The position numbers and the translations under genes were made by a program. From NCBI GenBank assembly GCA_038146925.1, contig JAYQSP010000009.1, positions 4,265-68,264 on the forward strand: a stretch of 64,000 bases of DNA, given 5' to 3'. The stretch comes from Alphaproteobacteria bacterium (GTDB lineage Bacteria; Pseudomonadota; Alphaproteobacteria; MPNO01; UBA830). The notes beneath the pieces were generated by a model, which saw only the letters and a program-made list of their open reading frames with translations, did no database searches and was not told the origin of the DNA. Shown here piece by piece: positions 55,890 through 64,000 of the stretch (the stretch's first letter is position 1; each line of letters starts with the position of its first letter).

Positions 55890-56369
55890 CTAGCGTCGCA
55901 AAGGCGCCCGGCTTTCGCTGTTATTGCCGTTGGCCATTTTGCCGAGCAGGCGCATGAACTGAGCGCGTTCGGATGCGGTCAGGGGCGCCAGCATCCGATC
56001 CTGTGCCGCCTCGGCGGACGGCAAGACGTCGCGGATCAGGCCGGCGCCTTTCTTAGTGATCGACACCGGTTTTGAGCGCCGGTCTTTTTCGGACACGGAC
56101 CGTTCCACCAACCCCCGTTCCTCCAGCTTTTTCACCACCACGCCGATGGTCGTCCGGTCCAGCGCCAGAGCGCCGCCGAGACCGACCTGATCGTCCGGCC
56201 CGTCCCGGTTAAGCTCCGCCAGCACGGCGAATTGCAGCGGCGTCAGATCCCACGGCCGGCATTCATCCAGAAAAACCGACACTGCGATCTGCTGACAGCG
56301 GCGCATCAGATGGCCCGGCGCGGCGCGAAGGTCGTCAAGAATGCCCGTCTTTTCGGCAACGACCACCAT
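55890..56369 (-). CDS. MarR family transcriptional regulator
   Basis: PGHL.RR.QQIAV..F, LTP.QFA.L, DQ..L...A.DR.T...VV..LE.RGL..R..S..DRR; TGATG coupling to monooxygenase. Confidence 0.92.
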   Translation of the reverse strand: MVVVAEKTGILDDLRAAPGHLMRRCQQIAVSVFLDECRPWDLTPLQFAVLAELNRDGPDDQVGLGGALALDRTTIGVVVKKLEERGLVERSVSEKDRRSKPVSITKKGAGLIRDVLPSAEAAQDRMLAPLTASERAQFMRLLGKMANGNNSESRAPLRR

Positions 56370-57559
56370 CAGGCGTCCACCTTCGCCTCGTTGTGGCCGT
56401 ACAGCCAGTTGAGATTGTCGTAGTAGTCCTCGGCCGTCATGCCGCCCATGATCTCGTTCCGCAGCCGGCGGTGCACGCCGTCGACGTGGAACCAGTTGTC
56501 GCTCAGCTGGCGCGATCCGATCTGGATGCGCGCGGTGCGCACGACGCGACGTTCCTGATACCCTAGCAACGCCGCATCCAGGTTGTCCGGATTGGCGCCG
56601 ATCAGCTTCGACAGGCAGACGCCGTCCTCCAGCGCCATGCAGGCGCCCTGCGCGTAATACTGCAGGGTCGGATGGGCGGCGTCCCCCAGCAGGACCGCCC
56701 GTCCGTCGACCCAGTTTTCGACCGGTTCCCGGTCGCACAGCACCCACACCTTCCAGTGCTCGCTGAGATCGATCAGGCGACGCGGGGTTTCGTGGATATG
56801 ATTGAAGTTTTCATGCACTTCATCCTTGGTCATCGGCTTGCCGGCAACCACTTCCTGCGCGCCGTTGTCCTTGGTGACCACCAGATTGAACACCTTCCAG
56901 CCGGACAGCGGATAGTGAACCAGATGGCATTTCGGCCCCATCCACAGCGTTGCCGCATTCCAGCGCAGATCGTCAGGCATGGATTCGACCGGGATCACGG
57001 CCCGATACGTCGAATGGCCGGAGGTTCGTGGTGCGCCGTCTCCCACCAGCTTTGCACGTACCGCGGAATGGAGACCGTCTGCGCCGACCAGCAACGTACC
57101 GCTCACATCCTCGCCGTTCGACAGATGGGCGGTGACACTGGCACCGTCCTGATCGTATCCGGTGACTTCGCTATTAACGCGCAGTTCCACAAGATCGTGT
57201 TCCTCGCAGGCCTTGACCAGTTCCTTGTGAAGATCCGCCCGGTGCACCACGGCATAAGGATTGCCGAACCGTTCGCGAAACGCCTCGTCCAGCGGGACGT
57301 GATTGATCTCCTCGGCTGTCATCGCATCCATGAAACGAAGCCGTTCGACGTAAACCGCCTGTTCGCGCGCACCCTTGCCTACGCCGAGATAATCGAACGC
57401 ATGGAAGGCGTTCGGGCCAAGCTGAATACCGGCGCCGATCTCGCCGAGCTCTGGCGCTTTTTCCAGCACGACGGCACGTTTTCCATTCTGCGCCAGACCC
57501 AGCGCGACAGCCAACCCGCCAAGCCCGCCGCCAGCGACCACAACCCGATCTTCCGTCAT
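56369..57559 (-). CDS. 3-hydroxybenzoate 6-monooxygenase (XlnD-like flavoprotein hydroxylase)
   Basis: GGGLGG, LGEIGAGIQLGPNAF, GNPYAVVHRADLH, GADG..S.VR, SGH.TYR.VIP, WVLCDR.P..NWVDGR..LLGDAAHP..QY.AQGA. Confidence 0.88.
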   Translation of the reverse strand: MTEDRVVVAGGGLGGLAVALGLAQNGKRAVVLEKAPELGEIGAGIQLGPNAFHAFDYLGVGKGAREQAVYVERLRFMDAMTAEEINHVPLDEAFRERFGNPYAVVHRADLHKELVKACEEHDLVELRVNSEVTGYDQDGASVTAHLSNGEDVSGTLLVGADGLHSAVRAKLVGDGAPRTSGHSTYRAVIPVESMPDDLRWNAATLWMGPKCHLVHYPLSGWKVFNLVVTKDNGAQEVVAGKPMTKDEVHENFNHIHETPRRLIDLSEHWKVWVLCDREPVENWVDGRAVLLGDAAHPTLQYYAQGACMALEDGVCLSKLIGANPDNLDAALLGYQERRVVRTARIQIGSRQLSDNWFHVDGVHRRLRNEIMGGMTAEDYYDNLNWLYGHNEAKVDA

Positions 57560-57586
57560 GAAATCCTCCATCCAAAAAATATTTAT

Positions 57587-57614
57587 TCAGTATTATGCGC
57601 TTAGTGCTGACTAA
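57587..57614. promoter_or_regulatory. MarR-type operator candidate
   Basis: TTAGT-GCTG-ACTAA (57601-57614) overlapping imperfect TCAGTATTA...TAGTGCTGA repeat, upstream of the monooxygenase. Confidence 0.5.
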
Positions 57615-57655
57615 TTCAAGCGCGGATATCCCTCCTGCCGGAAAATCATGAAAGA

Positions 57656-58477
57656 TCAGACCGGTTTGACCGTCAGCGCGAGTACGCTGGTGAACGCGCC
57701 GTCCGCCATACCTTGTGCGAGATTGCGGGATCGTTCGGGAAAATCCGCGCCGGCGATCAGACTTACTCCCAGTTTACCGCGCCGGGCCTGCTGGTTCGGG
57801 TTCTGAAAAATGTTTACCGCTTCTTCGGTGGTGTCGCGCCATTCAACGATGCAAAATCCGGCGCTTTCCATCGCCGTCCGCATTTCGTCTTCCGTCGCCA
57901 CGTAACTGATCGACGGCTCACGCGCCCATGGCAACGGCCAGGCCGGTTCTCCTCCAAGTCCGACGACCACATCAGACGTCACGAACCGCCCGCCGGGTCT
58001 GAGAACACGCGCGATCTCGGCATAGAAATCCGTCTTTTCGGCGACGTTCATGGAGACATTCTGGCTCCACCCGATATCGAACAGACCGTCACCGAAGGGC
58101 AGATCGAGGGCGTTGGCCCGCTCGAAGCGCGCCCGGTCGAACAAACCGCAGCGTTCGGTCAGCATATTTGCTACGTCGATATAGTCCGGCGTCAGGTCGA
58201 TGCCGGTAACCTCGCAGTCGAATTCGGCCGCCAGGTACCGTGCGGGACCGCCGACCCCGCAACCGATATCGATCACCTTTTCGCCCGGTTCCGGCGCAGC
58301 AAGTGCTGCCTGATCCCGCGTCGCCGGGAAGCCGCGCGTGTGAAACTGGTCGAACGACGTCAGCCGGTCCCAGCTCAGCGCATCGATATCCATGCCCTCC
58401 CCGGTCAGCGCAGACAGCACCCGGTCGGCCATGCCGGAACCGCTGTAATGCGCGGCGATCCTGTTTCCTTCGCTCAT
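57656..58477 (-). CDS. Class I SAM-dependent methyltransferase
   Basis: DQFHTRG..AT, VIDIGCGVGGPAR.LA, GIDLT, A.DLPF.D..FD..WSQ...MN. Confidence 0.92.
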   Translation of the reverse strand: MSEGNRIAAHYSGSGMADRVLSALTGEGMDIDALSWDRLTSFDQFHTRGFPATRDQAALAAPEPGEKVIDIGCGVGGPARYLAAEFDCEVTGIDLTPDYIDVANMLTERCGLFDRARFERANALDLPFGDGLFDIGWSQNVSMNVAEKTDFYAEIARVLRPGGRFVTSDVVVGLGGEPAWPLPWAREPSISYVATEDEMRTAMESAGFCIVEWRDTTEEAVNIFQNPNQQARRGKLGVSLIAGADFPERSRNLAQGMADGAFTSVLALTVKPV

Positions 58478-58713
58478 TTCCGCTCCCTTATTTCCGATCT
58501 GAGTATTTTTCCATTAATGGTTTTCGGCAATTCACGTTCAAACGAGATCACCCTCGGATACATATAGGTTGCGGCGTTGGTCTTCACGTAATCCTGCAGC
58601 TCGCCGACCAGCGCATCGTCTCCATCTCGGCCGGCCGCGGTCACGATCTAAGCCTTGACGACGTGTCCGCGTCTGCCCGACGGGTCCGGCGCCGGCACGC
58701 AGGCGCATTCCTG
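58474..58713 (-). pseudogene. C-terminal remnant of an AMP-dependent acyl-CoA ligase
   Basis: QECACVPAPDP..RGHVVKA-TAG(58648-58650)-IV...DDAL..ELQDYVK..AATYMYPR.I.F..ELPKT.NGKI.R; its TGA overlaps the methyltransferase ATG; absent from the ORF track. Confidence 0.75.
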
Positions 58714-58844
58714 TCCCTCCGGTTTTCTGTTAATCGTTGGCAACATGTTTGTCGCACCCAGAATGGTCGTGGACAATACCCGCCCCTTGTCCGTCGCCGA
58801 CGAAGCATGCACGATGCCGCCACACAAAACCAGGAGAACACAAA

Positions 58845-59141
58845 ATGACCGTACAGCATATCGTGATGCTCGAATTCAACGACGGCGTGGACGAAGACAC
58901 GCGGATGAATTCGCTGAAGGCGGTGGAAGGCCTGAAAGACAAGATCGACGGGATCAAGAAGATCGAATCCGGCAAGGATTTTTCCGGCCGCGCCGGAGAC
59001 TTCACGCATGCAGTTATTGTCACCATGCGCGACAAGGACGTGCTGTCGGCTTACGGCCCTCACCCGGCGCACAAGGAGGTGCAGGGGCTTCTCGGCCCGG
59101 TGGTCAAAACCCTTTGGGTGATCGATTTCGAACCGTCCTGA
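58845..59141 (+). CDS. Dabb family stress-responsive A/B barrel protein
   Basis: HIVMLEF, L..L...I.GI..I..G.DFS, FTHA...T..D...L..Y..HP.H, V.DF; AGGAG RBS. Confidence 0.88.
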   Translation: MTVQHIVMLEFNDGVDEDTRMNSLKAVEGLKDKIDGIKKIESGKDFSGRAGDFTHAVIVTMRDKDVLSAYGPHPAHKEVQGLLGPVVKTLWVIDFEPS

Positions 59142-59174
59142 CGGCGCCCGCGATATGAACAACACGACCGGCGA

Positions 59175-60419
59175 ATGACCGCCGCCCCAGATACCCGGTC
59201 CTACGCTGCCCTTCGGTATCCGGCATCGCGCATTTATCTGCTGGGTGCGGCGCTGGCGATGATGGCCGACAGCATCGAGCACGTGATCAGCTACTGGATC
59301 ATCTTCGAAAAGTTCCAGTCGCCGTCGCTGGCAGGGTTCGCGGTGATCGCCCACTGGGTGCCGTTTCTTCTGTGCTCCATCTGGGCGGGCGCGTTGGCCG
59401 ACCGCTACGATCCGCGCCGCATTATCCAGGCGGGGATGGCCCTGTTCATGCTGGTGTCGCTGGGCTGGGGAATCCTGTTCGCCACCGACAGCCTGGAGAA
59501 GTGGCATGCGGTGATCCTGCTGATTGTCCACGGTCTGGCCGGCGTGTTATGGGCGCCGGCGGGCCAGGTGCTCGTGCACGACGTGGTCGGCGGCCGCCAG
59601 TTGCAAAGCGCCATCCGCCTGCTGGCGACGTCGCGCACGCTGGGACTGCTGCTCGGACCGGCCGCAGGCGGCGCCTTGCTGCTGATCGTCGGTCCGACCT
59701 GGGGCATATTCATCAACGTGCTGATTTATCTGCCGCTGACCCTTTGGCTGATCCGCAACCCGAAGGAAGTGAACACCGACCGTAACTCGACCGGCGCGGC
59801 CATGACCAGCTTTCGCGACATGTTCGAAACCGTGCGGCAGGTTTCCGGCATCCCGGTCGTCTTCGCGATGTCGTTTCTCGCCGGTCTCGCCGCGTTTTTC
59901 ATCGGCAACGCGCATGAACCGCAGATGCCGGAATTCGCCCGCGATCTCGGCTATGGCGGCGAAGGGCTGTATTACAGCATGTTGCTGGCCGCCAACGCCG
60001 TGGGCGCGTTGATGGCGGGCATCATCCTCGAAGCCGGTAACATGCTGCCGGCGAAAACACGGACGTCCTTCATTCTCGGTCTGTTGTGGGCGCTGGCAAT
60101 ACTTGGATTTGCTGTTTCGCAAAACTACATTCTCGCATTCTGTCTGCTGGCCTGTGCGGGTTTCCTGGACCTGTCGTTCAATTCGATGACCCGCACGCTG
60201 GCGCAGCTCCATTCGCCGCCCGAAATCCGGGGCCGCGCGATCGGGTTATTCAACGTCGGCAGCCTCGGCTGCCGGACGTTCAGCGGGTTCACGGTCGGCT
60301 TCGGCGGCGGGATGATCGGGATTCACTGGTCGCTGGGCCTCAGCGCCCTGGCCCTGTTTGCCTGCATGGCGGCGCTGTTCGTCTGGGCGGGGCGGCGCGG
60401 GGTGATGGAGAAGGCATAA
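59175..60419 (+). CDS. MFS transporter (H+ antiporter-like)
   Basis: GALADRYDPRR, P.GQ..V.D.VG...L.SAI.L, QL..P.E.RGR. Confidence 0.9.
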   Translation: MTAAPDTRSYAALRYPASRIYLLGAALAMMADSIEHVISYWIIFEKFQSPSLAGFAVIAHWVPFLLCSIWAGALADRYDPRRIIQAGMALFMLVSLGWGILFATDSLEKWHAVILLIVHGLAGVLWAPAGQVLVHDVVGGRQLQSAIRLLATSRTLGLLLGPAAGGALLLIVGPTWGIFINVLIYLPLTLWLIRNPKEVNTDRNSTGAAMTSFRDMFETVRQVSGIPVVFAMSFLAGLAAFFIGNAHEPQMPEFARDLGYGGEGLYYSMLLAANAVGALMAGIILEAGNMLPAKTRTSFILGLLWALAILGFAVSQNYILAFCLLACAGFLDLSFNSMTRTLAQLHSPPEIRGRAIGLFNVGSLGCRTFSGFTVGFGGGMIGIHWSLGLSALALFACMAALFVWAGRRGVMEKA

Positions 60420-60431
60420 GGAGATACGCGA

Positions 60432-61199
60432 ATGACGCGCGAGGAAAACCGAAACGCGGGCGCCGGGCGCCGCCGGGCAGCCGGCCAACCCGACGACGAC
60501 CCGGGCCTGAACGCGCCCGGTTACGCCGCCTATGTCGATGAATATTACCATCAGGATATTTCCGGCAGGGATATCCTGCCGGCCGAAGACCGCGTGATTC
60601 CCGCGCTGACGGCACTGTGTTTCCGGGGGGCCGAGAAAGCGACGGAACGCATGGTCGGCGCCGCGCTCGACGCCGGGCTGGAATCGCGTGCCGTTCTCGA
60701 GATCTTTATCCAGTCGGCGCTGTATAGCGGCCTGCCGAGAACGGAAGAGGCGATCGCCGCCGCGAACCGCGTTTTCGCCGCCCGCGGCATTTCTCTACCC
60801 GACGACCCGGAAGACACGCGTACGGTGGCACAGATGGACGCGGACGGCGCGGCCGTCATGGAAAAGCTGCACGGCCCGCGTCAGGCCGGTGGCTACGCCT
60901 CGCCCGACAATCCGGTGACGTTTTCGCTCTATCAGGGCGCCATCCGGCACGGATACGGTCAGCTCTGGGTCCGACCGGGCCTCGATCTGCGCCAGCGGGT
61001 GATCGTCGCCATCGCGGGCTTCACCTCCGCCGCCCTGCACGACTCCCTGCGCAAATTCGCGGTCTCGGCGCTGAATGTCGGCCTGTCGAAAGACCAGGTC
61101 GCCGAAGCCGCCATCCAGACCGCGCCGTGGAACGGTCTGCCAATCGCGCTCAACGGCCTGACCGTGATCAGCGCCGCCTTTGACGAGGCGGGCGTCTGA
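60432..61199 (+). CDS. Carboxymuconolactone decarboxylase family protein (double domain)
   Basis: ALD.GL....V.E..IQ..LY.G.P; YG..W.RPGLD.R.R....IA, AL..GLSK.Q..E...Q.A...G.P. Confidence 0.82.
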   Translation: MTREENRNAGAGRRRAAGQPDDDPGLNAPGYAAYVDEYYHQDISGRDILPAEDRVIPALTALCFRGAEKATERMVGAALDAGLESRAVLEIFIQSALYSGLPRTEEAIAAANRVFAARGISLPDDPEDTRTVAQMDADGAAVMEKLHGPRQAGGYASPDNPVTFSLYQGAIRHGYGQLWVRPGLDLRQRVIVAIAGFTSAALHDSLRKFAVSALNVGLSKDQVAEAAIQTAPWNGLPIALNGLTVISAAFDEAGV

Positions 61200-61272
61200 A
61201 ACTGGATTTCCGGAAACAGTCGTGCGAACGTACTAAAACGCGATCCGAGACTGGAAATGCCCCGGTGACATC

Positions 61273-61578
61273 ATGAGCGATACCGATACCAATACCGGCA
61301 CCGTCACGCGGACCAAGACCAAACGCCCGCGCATGTACAAGGTGATGCTTGAAAACGACGACTTCACCCCGCGCGAATTCGTCATCAAGGTTCTGAAGAC
61401 CGTCTTCCGCATGACCGACGAAGAAGCCTATCACAAGATGATGACGGCGCATCAGCAGGGCAGCTGCGTGATTTCCGTCTACACCCGCGACGTCGCCGAA
61501 TCCAAGGCCAGGGAAGCCACCGACATGGGCAAGGAAGCCGGCCACCCGCTGATGTTCACCATCGAGCCGGAGGAGTGA
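61273..61578 (+). CDS. clpS: ATP-dependent Clp protease adaptor ClpS (ClpS2-like)
   Basis: YKVML.NDDFTPREFV..VL..VF, MMTAH..GS, AE.KA.EATD.GKEAG.PLMF..EPEE. Confidence 0.92.
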   Translation: MSDTDTNTGTVTRTKTKRPRMYKVMLENDDFTPREFVIKVLKTVFRMTDEEAYHKMMTAHQQGSCVISVYTRDVAESKAREATDMGKEAGHPLMFTIEPEE

Positions 61579-61602
61579 AGGTATAAGGTTATTGCTAGGC
61601 AA

Positions 61603-61688
61603 ACCCTCGGGTCAGGCCTGAGGGTGACAAATCAAGTTAAGCCCCAAAGAACACTTGTCATCGTCGGGCTTGAGTATTCTCGACGATT
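61603..61688. repeat. Family C REP-like doublet
   Basis: ACCCTCGGGTCAGGCCTGAGGGTGACAA and degenerate inverted TTGTCATCGTCGGGCTTGA...CGACGAT; related to 16742-16768. Confidence 0.65.
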
Positions 61689-61694
61689 GATCGC

Positions 61695-64000
61695 TCACCC
61701 CCGCGCCGCCGCAATCACCTCCAGCACATGCTCCGGCGTGAAGGGCCTGCTTGGTCACCTGCGCGCCCAGCGGGCGGAGCGCGTCGTTCACGGCGCACCA
61801 CAAAGCGGCGATGGCGCCGATGGTGCCGGACTCGCCGATGCCGTTGGCGCCAAGCTCGGTGTTGGTGAGTGGGGTTTCGACATGGGCGATTTTAATGTCG
61901 GGCATTTCGCCGGCCATCGGCAGCAGATAATCGGCCAGCGTCGCGTTCAGCAGCTGACCGGTTTCGTCGTACTGGCTGTGTTCGTAGAGCGTGTTGCCGA
62001 TACCCTGGATGACGCCGCCGCGGATCTGTTCGTCGACCATCAGCGGGTTCACGACGCGGCCGCAATCGTCTGCCACCCACCAGCCGAGCAATTTGATGAA
62101 ACCGGTCTCGATGTCGACCTCGACATGCGCGCCCTGCACGCCGTTGGCGACGTAGTACGGCGTATCGGGGACGTGGTGGCGGGTCACCATCAGTTCCGGC
62201 TGGGTGCCGCCCGGCAGCGTGTCCTGGCGGAAATAGCCGACCTTGGCGAGCTCGGCGAGATCCATCCGGGCTTCGCCGGTCGCGGCATCGCAGATTTCTC
62301 CCTCTTCCAGCGTCAGCGCGTCGGCCGTGGTCTGCAGCACCGACGCGGCGAGATCGAGGATGTTCCCCTTCAGCGCCTTGCCGGCCTGCAGCGCGGCTTC
62401 GCCGCCCATCGCCATGCCGCGCGACGCCCAGGCGCCGCCGCCATAGGGAGTGGTGGCGCTGTCGCCGGCGATGACGTCGATATCGTCCATGCCGATTCCG
62501 AGCTGGTCGCCGACGATCTGGGCGATGCCGGTCAGCGTCCCCTGCCCCTGGTCGGTAACACTGGTCATCACGCGGACGACGCCGGTCGGTTCCAGCTTGA
62601 CGGTGCAGCCGTCCTGGGTGGAGACGCGGGCGCCCGACGGGCCGTAATAGACAGGGCCGAAGGCGGCGGCCTCGACGAAGGTCGCCACCCCGACGCCGCG
62701 CCACACGTTGTTTTCCCGCTGCGCCGCCTGTTCCGCCCGCAGGCCGTCGTAATCCATGATGTCGACGCAGGCGTCGAGACACCGGTGCAGCGACATGTAT
62801 TTCGCCGCATAGCCGCCGACGCTGGTCAGCGGATAGTCTTCATCGCGGTGATAATTCTTCCGGCGAAACTCGACCGGATCGATCTCCGCCTTCGCGGCCG
62901 CCTGGTCGACCAGAACCTCGGTCACGGCACAGCCGACCGGTACGCCGACGCCACGGAACATGCCGACGATGCCCTTGTTCACGTAGGCCACCCGCGTGCG
63001 CGCATGATAATCCGTCAGTGCGTAGGGCGCGGCGGCGCAGGTGATCGCCATCATGCCTTCGGCAAGGCCGAAGCGGATATAGGCGGTGTAGGCCCCGACC
63101 GACAGCGCGTTCTCGAAATCCATCGAGGTGATGCGGCCGTCCCCGTCCACGCCCATCTTCGCCGTGGCGATGTGATCGCGGGTCTGACAGTCGGCGGCGA
63201 ACGATTCCAACCGGTCCGCGGTGAACTTCACCGGTTTGCCCAGCATTTTGGCGATAGCGGCGACGGCCAGTTCCTCGCCATGGACGTTGATCTTCAAGCC
63301 GAACCCGCCGCCGATATCGGGCGTGATGACGCGCACCCTGTGTTCGGGAATGCCGAGATGACGCGAAAACACATCCTGCATCTGGTAAGGCGACTGGTGG
63401 GAATGGTGTACGGTCAGTCGTTCTTCGACCGTATCCCAATGGGCCAGGATCGCGCGACCTTCGAGCGTCACCGCCGTGTGACGCCCGAATTCGAAATCCT
63501 GTTCGACCGTGAACGCCGCATTCGACAGCGCCACCGGTGCGTCACCGGTGACGGTGGTGTGTTCGAAACACCGGTTGTCGCCGAGATCTGGATGAATCGG
63601 CGGCGACGCCGGATCCAGCGCCTCCAGGATATCCATCACGGCAGGCAGTTCCTCGTACTCGACGATCACCAGATCGGCGGCGTCTTCCGCCTCGGCGCGG
63701 CTCGCGGCGACGACGGCGGCGACGGGTTCGCCCTGGTAACAGGCATGATCGACCGCCATGGCATGCTGCGGCGCGGATTTGTGACCCGGCCGATGCGCGG
63801 CGATGGCCACCATGGGTTCGCATATCTCGGCGACCTCGGCCGCCGTGACGATGCGGACCACGCCCGGCGCTTCCGCTGCCATGGATGTGTCGATACCGTT
63901 GATCCGGGCGTGACCATAGGGGCTGCGCACGAAGGCGATGTGCAGCATGTGGGGCACGGAAATGTCGTCGGTATAGCGTCCGCGCCCGTGAATGAGCCGT
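61695..64000 (-). CDS. XDH family molybdopterin-binding large subunit, 5' end outside window, +1 frameshift near 3' end
   Basis: RSPYGHARI, GGGFGLK, MFRGVG, DQGQG, DDCG..VNP, GANGIGE; removing one base at 61746-61747 restores KQPFTPEHVL and TGA at 61695. Confidence 0.88.

Noticed and set aside
61612-61694. C-terminal extension of the last XDH subunit in the ORF track
   Set aside because: Artefact of the +1 frameshift; it runs through a REP-like element

Overview
High-GC alphaproteobacterial (Rhodospirillales-like) chromosomal window of about 62 coding loci, several of them damaged, with no rRNA, tRNA, CRISPR array or recognisable mobile element. 1-23 kb: hopanoid genes (hpnD, shc, hpnG, hpnM) are interleaved with a complete 2-aminoethylphosphonate (AEP) biosynthesis set (PEP mutase fused to a nucleotidyltransferase, phosphonopyruvate decarboxylase, AEP transaminase, a second stand-alone cytidylyltransferase). 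hpnM, a TlpA-like oxidoreductase and pepM are packed as one operon carrying two Pho-box-like motifs. This suggests an undescribed phosphonate-modified hopanoid or a co-exported phosphonolipid (inference). 23-27 kb: an HTH/SAM-methyltransferase fusion with a palindromic operator heads metF and a MetE-like gene. The rest is accessory catabolism and transport: a 4-chlorobenzoate-CoA-ligase-like enzyme, 3-hydroxybenzoate 6-monooxygenase with MarR, FAH, LLM, rhodaneses, TRAP and Bug transporters, five MFS carriers, and four xanthine-dehydrogenase-family large-subunit loci (one coxMSL-type operon, none with CO dehydrogenase motifs). There are two PEP-CTERM-type proteins, one behind a sigma-54 promoter. 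At least seven single-base or deletion lesions are visible (frameshifted MCP-globin, in-frame stops, a CoxL/esterase chimera), so gene decay or consensus errors must be excluded. All calls come from motif recognition, not database searches.
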